Of a stretch of 64,000 nt of DNA, positions 27,675-38,089 are shown one piece after another. The DNA comes from Candidatus Peribacteraceae bacterium. GTDB taxonomy: Bacteria > Patescibacteriota > Gracilibacteria > Peribacterales > Peribacteraceae. The stretch covers positions 25,773 to 89,772 of the forward strand of contig JAQVVD010000002.1 of NCBI GenBank assembly GCA_028699155.1, in the 5' to 3' direction. Numbering within the stretch: the first letter of the stretch is position 1; every line of letters starts with the position of its first letter. A model generated the notes under the pieces. That model was not told the origin of the DNA, ran no database searches, and saw only the letters and a program-made list of their open reading frames with translations. The position numbers were made by a program, and so were the translations under genes.

Positions 27675-29105
27675 ATGCGGAATCGTTATACTGCTCTTTC
27701 CATGGTTCCCCGCCGCATTTTCTCCGGTCTTACCCGCAGCACGTTCGATGAGGCGAATCCTGCGCCATATGCCGAGGGCGCAAAACGCGGCGTCGATGAA
27801 GCAGTGGTCAGACACATCAGTGAGGAGAAGCGCGAGCCGAAGTGGATGCTGGAACATCGGCTTGCTTCCCTCCTGTCTTTCCAAAGCATGCCTCTGCCTG
27901 CGTGGGGTCCAGATCTCAGCCATCTGGATCTTGAAAATATCATTTACTACGCATCGCCAGGCATAGCGGAGACTGAAGACTGGGGCGAGGTGCCCGAGGA
28001 AGTTCGACGGGTCTATGACCGGCTTGGGATTCCCGAGGCGGAGCGCAAAGTGCTCGCCGGCGTGGGGGCGCAGTATGAGAGCGATGTGATCTATCACAAG
28101 CTTAAATCGCAGTGGAAGGAGCAGGGAGTGATCTTTCTGGATATGGACAATGCGTTGCAGGAGCACCCCGATCTTGTGCGCGAATACTTCATGAAATGCG
28201 TCCCGTCTACCGATCATAAGTTTGCGGCTCTTCATGGGGCTGTCTGGTCCGGAGGCACATTCCTGTATGTTCCTGCCGGCGTAAAAATCGCGGAGCCCCT
28301 GCAGGCGTACTTCCGCATGAATGCCAAGAATATGGGGCAGTTCGAGCATACGCTCATTGTGGTTGAGGAGGGGGCAGAGGTGCACTACATCGAGGGATGC
28401 AGCGCCCCAAAATACGGCAGCCAGGCGCTCCATGCGGGGTGCGTGGAGGTATTCGTCAAACCCGGAGCGAAGTGTCGGTACTCATCGGTGGAGAACTGGA
28501 GCCGCGATACGTTCAACCTCAATACAAAGCGCGCCATTGTGCAGAAAGATGCAGTTATGGAGTGGATCGGCGGCACTATGGGGAGCGGCCTTACTATGCT
28601 CTACCCTTCCTCTCTCCTCGTCGGAGAAGGTGCGCAGTGCGATCATCTGAGCATTGCCTTCGCAAATGAGGGGCAGTGGCAGGATACGGGGGGCAAGGTG
28701 AAACACCTGGCTTCCCATACCGGGAGCAATATTGTCAGCAAATCCGTCAGTGTTCGGGGAGGAATGACGGTGTTTCGCGGCGCTATCTCCATTGCTCCGG
28801 ACTTGCAGGATTGTACGGCGCACATGGCGTGCGATTCGCTGCTGCTCGATGCGTTGAGCCGCACGGAGACGATTCCCCATCTCACCATTGCGAGCAATGA
28901 TGTGACGGTTGCACATGAAGCAACGGTGGGTAGGCTGAATACCGAGGACATCTTCTACCTCACGTCGCGCGGGCTTTCCGAAGAAGAGGCGAAAGCCATG
29001 ATTGTGAGCGGGTTCCTCGAGCCGATTATCCGCCTGTTGCCGCTCGAATATGCCGTGGAGATGAATCGGCTTATCGAGCTCGAAATGGAGGGTTCGGTTG
29101 GATGA
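27675..29105 (+). CDS. sufB: Fe-S cluster assembly scaffold SufB
   Basis: Full-length SufB-like sequence (EPKWMLEHRL, FEHTLIVVEEGAEVHYIEGCSAP, HEATVGRL, YLTSRGLSEEEAKAMIVSGF). Confidence 0.9.
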   Translation: MRNRYTALSMVPRRIFSGLTRSTFDEANPAPYAEGAKRGVDEAVVRHISEEKREPKWMLEHRLASLLSFQSMPLPAWGPDLSHLDLENIIYYASPGIAETEDWGEVPEEVRRVYDRLGIPEAERKVLAGVGAQYESDVIYHKLKSQWKEQGVIFLDMDNALQEHPDLVREYFMKCVPSTDHKFAALHGAVWSGGTFLYVPAGVKIAEPLQAYFRMNAKNMGQFEHTLIVVEEGAEVHYIEGCSAPKYGSQALHAGCVEVFVKPGAKCRYSSVENWSRDTFNLNTKRAIVQKDAVMEWIGGTMGSGLTMLYPSSLLVGEGAQCDHLSIAFANEGQWQDTGGKVKHLASHTGSNIVSKSVSVRGGMTVFRGAISIAPDLQDCTAHMACDSLLLDALSRTETIPHLTIASNDVTVAHEATVGRLNTEDIFYLTSRGLSEEEAKAMIVSGFLEPIIRLLPLEYAVEMNRLIELEMEGSVG

Positions 29106-29442
29106 TTTGTTTCACTTGTTGATACTCAAGTTATTCATCGATAGTTCTTGCATAAATTATTGGGCATGCTTCAATACTCTATTGATGAGTACTCTTCTCC
29201 CTTCCTTGCTACGGCAGCATATCTCCTTCTGCGTTTTGCTGTTCTGTCTCATTGTTATGGCAAGCTCTTTTGCGAGCTGCGAGCCGTAAGAATAGATGTG
29301 CAGGGACAGCTGTAGCGCAACCATTTCTCATATTCATGAGGGGGATCTGTTCTCTGGCAATTCTTGACTTTCTTTCATGCAGTTGCATAGATTCTCATGC
29401 TAAAATAGCATCCTATTTCGTGTACCTGTTTCAGGTTTTTAC

Positions 29443-30031
29443 ATGTCACGTCCATTGAGTCACTATCGCGCCATGCTTGCTGTGTTCAAAAAAACATTCC
29501 AGCCGTTGATACTCCTGCAGACAGTCCAGGCACGCGCCCGGTATTTCTACCTTTCGATTCTTCTCGCAGCACTGGCGGGATTTTTTAGCTTCATAGAAAT
29601 GATGCTTCTCATGAAGTTGGTACAGGGAATTATTTCGGGCGATTTTAGCGCGATCACGCGCGTATTCCAATTCCGTTTCATCCCTCCGGCATTCTCATTC
29701 TCAGCAGCATCATACAGCATGGTTATGATCGTATATGTCACAATTTTTTTCCTGTTTGCCATTTTCACAAGCGTTCTTTCGTACGCGTCTGCGCTGAGTA
29801 TCGAGTACCAGATTCAGAGCGCAGACAGAAACCTGCGTTCCATGGTGTTCTCCCGCTTTCTCCAATTCGGAAAGCAGTACTACGATAAAAAAGGTCTGCC
29901 TGGCCTACAGGCGATTCTCCTGCGGCACACCCGACTCCTGGCCGAACAGTTGCGCTCCTATCACCAAATGCTCAGCAAATTATTTCTGCTGCTGGCATAT
30001 CTCACTGTGCTTTTTCTCCTCTTCATGTCGC
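29443..30031 (+). pseudogene. truncated ABC exporter (N-terminal transmembrane domain only)
   Basis: The first ~196 aa align by eye with the TMD of the intact ABC exporter at 40686 (e.g. RNLRSMVFSRFLQFGKQYYDKK vs RTLHHLRKTLFAKYLSFGKLFFDR). After ...LFLLFMS the frame reads the antisense of a GT2 fragment. No NBD. Confidence 0.65.
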
Positions 30032-30282
30032 ACGCCTGCGTTGCATGCCGCATAAGAATTATGTATCTGGTTTTCCTGCAGGAATACGCAGGAATACCTG
30101 GTAGCAATATCGCGGATATCTTCTGTGGAACCGTTATCCACAACGATGATTTCCCACCTATCTCTCGGATATGTCTGCGTCTGCAGACCAGTGAGAGTAT
30201 GCACAAGCCCTGCCCGGTTATCGTAGACAGGTATGACAATCGAAACGAAAGGCAGCGTCGTAGAGGGAGCCCTGAGTGGCAT
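30027..30282 (-). pseudogene. truncated family 2 glycosyltransferase (N-terminal ~85 aa only)
   Basis: LPFVSIVIPVYDNRAGL, EIIVVDNGSTED, AACNAGV, after which similarity stops at about 30027. Abuts the ABC fragment tail-to-tail. Confidence 0.65.
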
Positions 30283-30354
30283 GTCCCAATACTAGCGGAG
30301 GAAGGAATGCATGACGTACTAATTCTTACATAAATACGTAAACGCGCATCACCC

Positions 30355-30372
30355 CATCGCCGAGTAGAGAAG
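30355..30372 (-). repeat. 3' arm of 16S precursor processing stem
   Basis: CATCGCCGAGTAGAGAAG is the exact reverse complement of 32160-32177. Confidence 0.7.
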
Positions 30373-30550
30373 TTGTCTATCGAGCCTCAGAGCGCTGCAC
30401 CCTTGCGAGGCAAGGAGCAAGGCACTGAGGAGTAACCCTCGATCAATTAGATCCGTGTTGGCGTTGGCTACTGGCCAGAGCACGGCAGGTAAACCTTTCA
30501 TTGCCTATCCTTCGACAGTGCTCAGGATGACAATTTGGGCATTTCCCTGG

Positions 30551-32021
<1,471 letters not shown>

Positions 32022-32159
32022 AAGAGAGATTATAGCTCTCAAAGTAAAAACTAGAGACCACCACGATACCAGACGCAGAGCGTCGGTACATGATGGATCA
32101 ATATATTCAAAATTAGTAGATGAGTAGCTGCTATTCGAGTGATCGAATAAGAGTACTCG

Positions 32160-32177
32160 CTTCTCTACTCGGCGATG
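32160..32177 (-). repeat. 5' arm of 16S precursor processing stem
   Basis: CTTCTCTACTCGGCGATG (plus strand) pairs perfectly with 30355-30372. About 140 nt upstream of the mature 5' end. Confidence 0.7.
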
Positions 32178-32231
32178 CTGTGAATGAGCGCGGTCCGTTT
32201 CCCCCTAAATCGTTTGAAGGGCGGCGGAGCT

Positions 32232-32264
32232 AAAAAACCTTACTGCGCACTCAAACTTGCGCAG
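32232..32264 (-). terminator. candidate hairpin/T-tract between GT4 gene and 16S leader
   Basis: 7-bp stem CTGCGCA/TGCGCAG (32243-32249 / 32258-32264) with an 8-nt loop. On the minus strand it is followed by TAAGG then TTTTTT. The T-tract is offset from the stem, so this is a weak call. Confidence 0.3.
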
Positions 32265-32321
32265 AGCCAGATAAGGATAGTGTCTCTCTCTGCTTGGTCA
32301 AGGTAAATTCCCGCAGTTTTC

Positions 32322-33416
32322 TTACTTTTTTCTGCTTCTCTTTGCATCCAGCCACGCGGCGAGTGGGACGGTAATCGTTCGCGGGAGGAATGTTTCCTGG
32401 AAGAGTTTGCGCCCGCTTTCCGCGATTTTCTGCCGCATTTCCATATCTCCTTTGAGCTCCAGAATGGCTTCCGCCAGTGCCGCAGCATCTCCCGGCTTCG
32501 TGAGTATGGCATTCGTTCCATGGAGCAGAGCAGAACGTGCTGCAGGCGTATCACCCGTGATGAGCGGTTTCCCCATACAGAGGATGTCATACACCTTGTG
32601 CGGGATCACACGCTGCGCTTTCTCCGATGTTCCGAATATACCCAGGCACATGTCTGCATCTGCGATGGCTTCCGCCAATTCTTCCATCGGCTGGTACGGT
32701 GCGAACGCAACGTTCTCCAGGTGCAACACCTCTGCGAGGCGTCGTATTTCTTCGTAGGTTTGTCCTCCGCCGATAATGTGGAATTTCACCGTAGGATCTC
32801 TCCTTTGCACTTCTGCGGCAGCATGGAGAATTATCTCTATTCCCTGCAGAGGAATGAATGTTCCATGAAAGAGCACGGTGCACGTATCGGCTCCATGTTC
32901 ACGTGAGGGCTGCGGCTGGAACACGTCCGTTCTGCACCCGACCGGCAACACCAGTATTTTTTCCGTTTGGATTCCGTACCGTTCCACGAAGTACTGCTTC
33001 TGCAATTCAGTATCGATCAATATAACATCCGCCAGAGTGCAGCTCAGCCAATCCATGAACGACAATGTGCGTGCGTGCAGGCTGCCCGCGGGGACGGATT
33101 TTCTGTCTTCCACATTCGTGTCATACAGGGACACAAACACGTCAAATACGATCGGTTTCCCTGTGATTCTGCCCAGCAGCCATGCGAGCGGCATGACGTA
33201 GTGGCCGGGGAATGGCACGAACATCACATCAATCTGTTTTCGCAGTTTCCAGTACTTCCCGCAGAGGTCTCTGTACTTCGCGAGGAAGCCGCGTTTCTGC
33301 GTGCTGCATTCGATGACATCGAATCCGCGTTCTTTCAGGCCGGTTGCGATTACCCAGTAACGTGCGCCGCCCAGAAAGTCATACCCGAATGCGCAGATGG
33401 TCATACTGTTCTTCAT
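32322..33416 (-). CDS. GT4-family (GT-B) glycosyltransferase
   Basis: Track ORF trimmed to ATG 33416 (MKNSMTICAFGY...). The extension is a read-through of the palindromic intergenic repeats. C-terminal half is typical of group-1 GTs (FHIIGGGQ, VIPHKVYDILCMGKPLITGDT). Confidence 0.75.
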   Translation of the reverse strand: MKNSMTICAFGYDFLGGARYWVIATGLKERGFDVIECSTQKRGFLAKYRDLCGKYWKLRKQIDVMFVPFPGHYVMPLAWLLGRITGKPIVFDVFVSLYDTNVEDRKSVPAGSLHARTLSFMDWLSCTLADVILIDTELQKQYFVERYGIQTEKILVLPVGCRTDVFQPQPSREHGADTCTVLFHGTFIPLQGIEIILHAAAEVQRRDPTVKFHIIGGGQTYEEIRRLAEVLHLENVAFAPYQPMEELAEAIADADMCLGIFGTSEKAQRVIPHKVYDILCMGKPLITGDTPAARSALLHGTNAILTKPGDAAALAEAILELKGDMEMRQKIAESGRKLFQETFLPRTITVPLAAWLDAKRSRKK

Positions 33417-33444
33417 TGTTGCTAGTAGAGTAAATCCAAAGCAT

Positions 33445-33497
33445 GAAATCCGAAATTCGAAACTGTCTCGAATTTCGTGCTTCGAATTTCGGATTTC
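33445..33497. promoter_or_regulatory. nested palindrome (candidate operator) in divergent GT4/GT4 promoter region
   Basis: 17-nt perfect inverted repeat GAAATCCGAAATTCGAA (33445-33461) / TTCGAATTTCGGATTTC (33481-33497). A third copy of the core TCGAATTTCG sits at 33468-33477. All lie inside the 95-bp spacer 33417-33511. Confidence 0.6.
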
Positions 33498-33511
33498 TCT
33501 ATCCTTCTTGT

Positions 33512-34675
33512 ATGAGGATTGCGTACTGCGCGCATGTACGGCTGCCGAGTGAGCGCGCACACGGGCACCAGATCGCCCATGTGTGCGATGCGATGATTGC
33601 GCTCGGGCATGAGGTTACGCTCTTTGCTCCTACGCGCAGGAGCGCGATCACCGAGGATTACCACACGTACTACGGCGCAAATAAATCCGTACAAGTGCGA
33701 TACCTGCCAAGTTTCGATCAGCATACGCTCCCGGTCGGAAAGGGCGCTTTTGGCCTTTGGCTCTCCAACATCAGCTTACGAAGGGCATTCAGGAAAGCTC
33801 TTACGGGAGCGCAGTTGGATCTGCTCTACACCCGCTCGCCCGCGCTGCTCCCGAGTCTCCTCCACACAGGAATTCCGGTTCTCCTTGAGCTCCATCAGCT
33901 CCCGCGCCGCAACCGGAAGTCCTTCGTACATCTCTGCAATAATTGCCGCAGCGTTGCCTGCCTCACGTCACCCATGAGAGACGAACTCCTGCAGTGGGGA
34001 GTGGATCCATCCAAACTCTTTGTGGAAGGGGATGCCGTGGATGCCACATGGCTCACGCGCGTTCCTGATACCCATCGGTTCCGCCAACGGTATGAAATTC
34101 CAGAGAATGTTCCTGTTGTTGGATACGCCGGGCAGCTCGCATCGATGGGCATTGAGAAGGGTGTAGAAGTTCTCCTCCAATCTCTTGTTCAAATCCATAG
34201 GAATGGGATGCAAGTACATGCGTTGATTGCCGGAGGCCCCGCATCGGCTCAACAAAAATTCGAGGTTTCTCTCTCATCGGACATGGAGCCATTCGTACAT
34301 TTTACCGGTTCGCTTAAGCAACAGGACATTCCGGATCTCCTGGCCTCCTGTGATGTTCTGGTGTACCCGGCACCGCGTTCAGATCATTCATACTTTCAGC
34401 GGGATACATCGCCCCTTAAGCTCTTCGAGTACATGGCGGTCGGCAAGCCGATTGTGTGTGCCGATCTCCCGCCGCTGCACGATGTCCTCAGCGAGGAGCA
34501 TGTTACTTTTGCAGTTCCGGGCGATGCGGAATCTTTCTCCGGGGCGATTGCGTCGGTCCTATCGGATCCGGATACGGCGTTCCGCAAAGTTGCACGGGCA
34601 AAACAGCTTGTTGCGTCTCATACATGGGAGAAGCGCATGGAACGGATACTCAGATCCGTTCGTACATACTCTTGA
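33512..34675 (+). CDS. GT4-family glycosyltransferase
   Basis: Trimmed to ATG 33512 (MRIAYCAHVRLPSERAHGHQIAH...). EYMAVGKPIVCADLPPL motif. Confidence 0.8.
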   Translation: MRIAYCAHVRLPSERAHGHQIAHVCDAMIALGHEVTLFAPTRRSAITEDYHTYYGANKSVQVRYLPSFDQHTLPVGKGAFGLWLSNISLRRAFRKALTGAQLDLLYTRSPALLPSLLHTGIPVLLELHQLPRRNRKSFVHLCNNCRSVACLTSPMRDELLQWGVDPSKLFVEGDAVDATWLTRVPDTHRFRQRYEIPENVPVVGYAGQLASMGIEKGVEVLLQSLVQIHRNGMQVHALIAGGPASAQQKFEVSLSSDMEPFVHFTGSLKQQDIPDLLASCDVLVYPAPRSDHSYFQRDTSPLKLFEYMAVGKPIVCADLPPLHDVLSEEHVTFAVPGDAESFSGAIASVLSDPDTAFRKVARAKQLVASHTWEKRMERILRSVRTYS

Positions 34676-34706
34676 GACCTCTAAAAAAACACTGAATTGG
34701 CACAGT

Positions 34707-34742
34707 TCGACAGAGCTCACTGTGACATTCTGTCGAGTTTTT
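34707..34742 (+). terminator. intrinsic terminator candidate between convergent genes
   Basis: 8-bp stem TCGACAGA (34707-34714) / TCTGTCGA (34729-34736), then G + TTTTT (34738-34742). An A7 run at 34683-34689 could serve the opposite strand. Confidence 0.45.
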
Positions 34743-34758
34743 AGCGGTTCCTATTGTT

Positions 34759-35643
34759 TTACTTCTCCGAATTCCTGTAGCGCACCACGATTTCTGCGAG
34801 CATGCCAAAGAGCCCGATCTGGAATCCGGTGAGCAGCATGAGCATGCCGGCATCGGAAATGTTCGCTTCGTTCCAGAGCGTGTAACTTATCGCACCTATC
34901 CCAATGAGAACGAGGAACACGCTCGGTATCAGGAAGAAGCGCATCGGGCGAAAGTAGGTTGTAATGCGGATGATGAGCCCCAAGAACCCTACGAAGTTCC
35001 CCACGCCGTTCATCCCGGATGAGAGCGAGCTCTTCCCCTGTCTCTTAAAGTATTCGATGGGAACGAATTCCACGAGGTAGTCATTCGTGAGCGCTGCCAG
35101 CGTCGTAGTGATTGTGAAGGAGAACCGCTGCGGATAGATGTGCATGAATCGCAGAGCAAATTCTTTCGTAAAGATGCGCATGCCGGAATTCAGATCGGGT
35201 ATCCGCATTCCGGTGAGCATGTTGGCCAGCTTATTCACGATGAATTTTGCAGGTCTGCGGATCGGAGGAATCTTCACGCCCTTCTTCACCCTCGCTCCTA
35301 TCACCATGTCCAGATTCCCTTCCCTCATTACATGGAGCAGATGAGGGAATTGTCCTATCGGGTACGTCCCATCCGCATCGGTTATGCCTAAAACTTCCCC
35401 TTTGGCACGACGGATGCCGGTCTTAATGGACGCGCTGTATCCGGTGTTGCGCGGATGCGCGATGACGATCAGATTCGGTAGCTGCATTTCAGAAAGTCTT
35501 GCAGCTGTTCCATCCGTGCTCCCGTCATTGATCACGAGGATTTCAAATTCTTCTCCTGCGCCCGTAAGCGTTTCGTGTGCGGTCCGCACAGTCTCTCCAA
35601 TGGACGCTTCCTCGTTGAATGTGGGGATGATGAGGGAAAACAC
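34759..35643 (-). CDS. polyprenyl-phosphate glycosyltransferase (GT2, GtrB/DPM1/ArnC-like)
   Basis: FSLIIPTFNEE, LVINDGSTDGT, ITDADGTYP, plus two C-terminal TM helices, as in GtrB/ArnC-type enzymes. Confidence 0.75.
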   Translation of the reverse strand: MFSLIIPTFNEEASIGETVRTAHETLTGAGEEFEILVINDGSTDGTAARLSEMQLPNLIVIAHPRNTGYSASIKTGIRRAKGEVLGITDADGTYPIGQFPHLLHVMREGNLDMVIGARVKKGVKIPPIRRPAKFIVNKLANMLTGMRIPDLNSGMRIFTKEFALRFMHIYPQRFSFTITTTLAALTNDYLVEFVPIEYFKRQGKSSLSSGMNGVGNFVGFLGLIIRITTYFRPMRFFLIPSVFLVLIGIGAISYTLWNEANISDAGMLMLLTGFQIGLFGMLAEIVVRYRNSEK

Positions 35644-35729
35644 GGCGAAATGCTATTCCCCCTACTCCGATCATTCCAGCTTTTCCGTGTTTTATGGTTG
35701 GGAAAATGATTTTTCGCTAGCATGCGCAT

Positions 35730-37391
35730 ATGCCAGAAAACCTGCGGGATGTTTATGCCCAAAAAGCACTATCTCAGATTCCGCGTCTCCTGAGTTTGCA
35801 GGACAGGAATCCTTACTCCCCAACGTACGGATGTTTCAAGAGGACGTACTGGCTGGATAAAGTAGCGGACTTTCCCGATGCTCTCCCGCAATTCGGCGTG
35901 CTCTCCCTTGCGCTTGCATACTGCAATGAGATGCCGGGAAACATGTTTAGAGACCAACCCAAGGTACGGGAATGGATTCTCGCCGGGATGCGTTTTTGGA
36001 CGGAGATCCAGCATCGCGACGGATCGTTCGATGAGTTCTATCCCAATGAGCGCGGATGGACCGGGCCGACCGGGTTCACACTGTATGCGATGCTGAAGAG
36101 CTACATGCTCCTTCGTGATCGCGGTGAGTTCCCCACTGAATTTGTCGATCGGCTCTTTGCCTCCTGCCGCAAGGCGGCGGATTACATCATCAAGTGGGAT
36201 GAGCATGGCGTACTCGCGAATCATCATGCGATGGGGGTTCTGCCGGTTTGGTACGCGTACCATGTTTTGGGTGACGAGGATTTGCATGCAGGGTACGAGA
36301 AGAAGCTGGAAGAATTTCTTTCGTACCATACTTCTGAAGGGTGGTCGCTTGAGTATGACGGCGCTGATATCGGCTATCTTTCCGCCACAGTGAGTTTCTT
36401 GGGCAAGGTCTACAAGCTCAACAAGGATGTACGCCTCAAGAAGGTCATGGAGGAATCAATCGAATTCCTCAGCCACTTTGTCTATCCCAACGGGTTCTAT
36501 GCCGGGAGCATGGGGAGCCGCAATACACTGCATTTCTACTCGCATGGCTGTGAGATTCTCGCTCCGGAAATGCCTCTGGCGGGCAGAGTGGCCGATGCAT
36601 TACTGGAGAGCCTGCGTGACGGGAAGATTGTGCCGGCGGAATTGCAGGCAGATAGATATTTCCTGTACCGAATACCTGAGCACCTTGAGTCGTACATCGA
36701 TTATGGGGAGAGGAGCGGGGATGCAAAACTCCCTTACGAGAGAGAAGATTTCCGCACGGTGTTTCCTTCCGGGCGTTTCTATATTGAGAAAAAGGGTCAT
36801 ATTTATCTCATTGCCAATGCTGCAAAAGGAGGGGTAACCAAAGTGTTTGATGCGCACGCAACGAAACAGCTCACAAGCGATTGCGGCATGCTGGGGCGTA
36901 CCAGTGACGGGCGCGTTATCACTACGCAGTGGATTGATTCTGAGTATTCTTTTGAGCCCAGGGAACACGGGTACTCCGTGTCCGGATGTATGCATTATGT
37001 GCCTGCGAACAAGCTGTTCACTCCCCTCAAATTCATCCTCTTTCGCCTGTTCCTCCTGACGTTTGGATGGCACACGGGCATGGCGTACAGGATCAAAGGT
37101 TTCATTCGCAAACTCCTGATGCTCAAGAGCGGCAAGAGCGGAGTGCGTTTCGAGCGCGATGTTACGATACAAGGCCAGTCGGTTTCCATCGTTGATCGCA
37201 TTAAGCTTGCAGGCGGGGTGCGGTTGTCCTCGCTGCAAATTGGCGATGAATTCTTTGTTCGTTACGTGCCCCAGTCACGTTACTTTCAATCACAGGAGTT
37301 CGATACGGCGCCAACCATACTCACTGCAGAGCAACTGGATGAGTTGCACGATCGTAGAGCATTGACCATTGAGCGCACTTTCACTCCGTGA
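35730..37391 (+). CDS. hypothetical protein, 553 aa; possibly alpha/alpha-toroid + beta-sandwich polysaccharide-modifying enzyme
   Basis: Long clean ORF inside the glycan locus. The helical repeat-like N-terminal half (WTEIQHRDGSFDEFYPNERGW) is reminiscent of heparinase II/III-type folds. The function call is a guess. Confidence 0.5.
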   Translation: MPENLRDVYAQKALSQIPRLLSLQDRNPYSPTYGCFKRTYWLDKVADFPDALPQFGVLSLALAYCNEMPGNMFRDQPKVREWILAGMRFWTEIQHRDGSFDEFYPNERGWTGPTGFTLYAMLKSYMLLRDRGEFPTEFVDRLFASCRKAADYIIKWDEHGVLANHHAMGVLPVWYAYHVLGDEDLHAGYEKKLEEFLSYHTSEGWSLEYDGADIGYLSATVSFLGKVYKLNKDVRLKKVMEESIEFLSHFVYPNGFYAGSMGSRNTLHFYSHGCEILAPEMPLAGRVADALLESLRDGKIVPAELQADRYFLYRIPEHLESYIDYGERSGDAKLPYEREDFRTVFPSGRFYIEKKGHIYLIANAAKGGVTKVFDAHATKQLTSDCGMLGRTSDGRVITTQWIDSEYSFEPREHGYSVSGCMHYVPANKLFTPLKFILFRLFLLTFGWHTGMAYRIKGFIRKLLMLKSGKSGVRFERDVTIQGQSVSIVDRIKLAGGVRLSSLQIGDEFFVRYVPQSRYFQSQEFDTAPTILTAEQLDELHDRRALTIERTFTP

Positions 37392-38085
37392 GTGCGCCCT
37401 TCTCGGCTACGAGAATATTGGTGACGCCAAATGGCAGGGGCTTTTCCAGTAATCTGAATACCGGCAGAAGCAGTTTGGAAAAAGGCATGCGGTTTGGCGT
37501 GAGCGCTCCGAATGTACAAGAGTCAATGAGGCGCAATCCCGCGCTCTCTGCGATGCCTCTGACATATCCATTGGAGAATGCCAACCCACCGTGCTCTTCC
37601 CTTTTTACAATGCTGAAGAGCGAAACAAGCGGGTTGTTTCTATTCGGTTCGATGCATGCCACATACCTTTTTGAGACTCTTCCCATTTCCCTCAGTACCT
37701 GCACCCTGTCTTTCCGCTCGATGTGGTGCAGAACCGCATGGCAGAAGGCGATGTCGAATGTGTTATCCGGGAACGGGAGGCTGCGGGCATCTGCCACTAT
37801 TTTTTTCTCGACGGGATTATTGGCGAGTATTACATCAGAATAATCCACAGCTGTTACATCTCCGGCTTCACCCCACCAGTAGCTGAAGTACCCGTTTCCC
37901 GCTCCCACATCCAGAATGGTCGGTTTTTCAGGCAGATTTATTCTCTTTCTGATATGTGCGATTTTTGGCGAAACGTACGCCCTGATTACGGGGTTTCTCG
38001 GGTCTTTTCTGGAAAGCTGCACAGCGCTCTTCCAGTACTCTTCTTGCCGGGCTTGGAAGGGGGATTCCTTCATGGCAGGCAGCAC
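37381..38085 (-). CDS. class I SAM-dependent methyltransferase
   Basis: ILDVGAGNGYFSYWW motif I, FDIAFCHAVLHHI. Confidence 0.75.
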   Translation of the reverse strand: MLPAMKESPFQARQEEYWKSAVQLSRKDPRNPVIRAYVSPKIAHIRKRINLPEKPTILDVGAGNGYFSYWWGEAGDVTAVDYSDVILANNPVEKKIVADARSLPFPDNTFDIAFCHAVLHHIERKDRVQVLREMGRVSKRYVACIEPNRNNPLVSLFSIVKREEHGGLAFSNGYVRGIAESAGLRLIDSCTFGALTPNRMPFSKLLLPVFRLLEKPLPFGVTNILVAEKGALTE

Positions 38086-38089
38086 TATA

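Noticed and set aside
29098-29442. Small ORFs (63-68 aa) and a TTGACT-N18-TAGATT promoter-like pair in the AT-rich spacer after sufB.
   Set aside because: The ORFs are Cys/Leu/Phe-rich translations of AT-rich DNA and have no start context. The promoter-like pair would drive only a truncated pseudogene.
29106-30333. A mobile element (IS, integrase or prophage remnant) as the cause of the rearrangement scar or of the GC-shift boundaries.
   Set aside because: No transposase, integrase or recombinase-like ORF, terminal inverted repeat or flanking direct repeat was seen at the scar or at about 50.3, 54.6, 60.0 and 61.0 kb.
30283-30550. A tRNA (Ile/Ala) or the start of a 23S gene in the region downstream of the 16S.
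   Set aside because: I found no T-loop (GGTTCGAAT-like) or cloverleaf-compatible segment and no 23S 5' consensus. The region contains only the processing-stem arm and then the GT2 fragment.
32274-32301. A sigma70-like promoter for the 16S (minus strand TTGACC at 32301-32296, 16-nt spacer, TATCCT at 32279-32274).
   Set aside because: The match is plausible. However, a hairpin plus T-tract (32264-32232) lies immediately downstream and would sit in the nascent transcript. I therefore cannot tell whether this is the rRNA promoter or a chance match in the terminator region of the upstream GT4 gene. It is not reported as a feature.
33445-33497. Repeats that might be a mini CRISPR array or a MITE.
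   Set aside because: There are only three copies of a 10-nt core arranged as a palindrome within 53 bp. There are no regularly spaced spacers, no cas genes and no target-site duplications. The element is better explained as an operator or hairpin.
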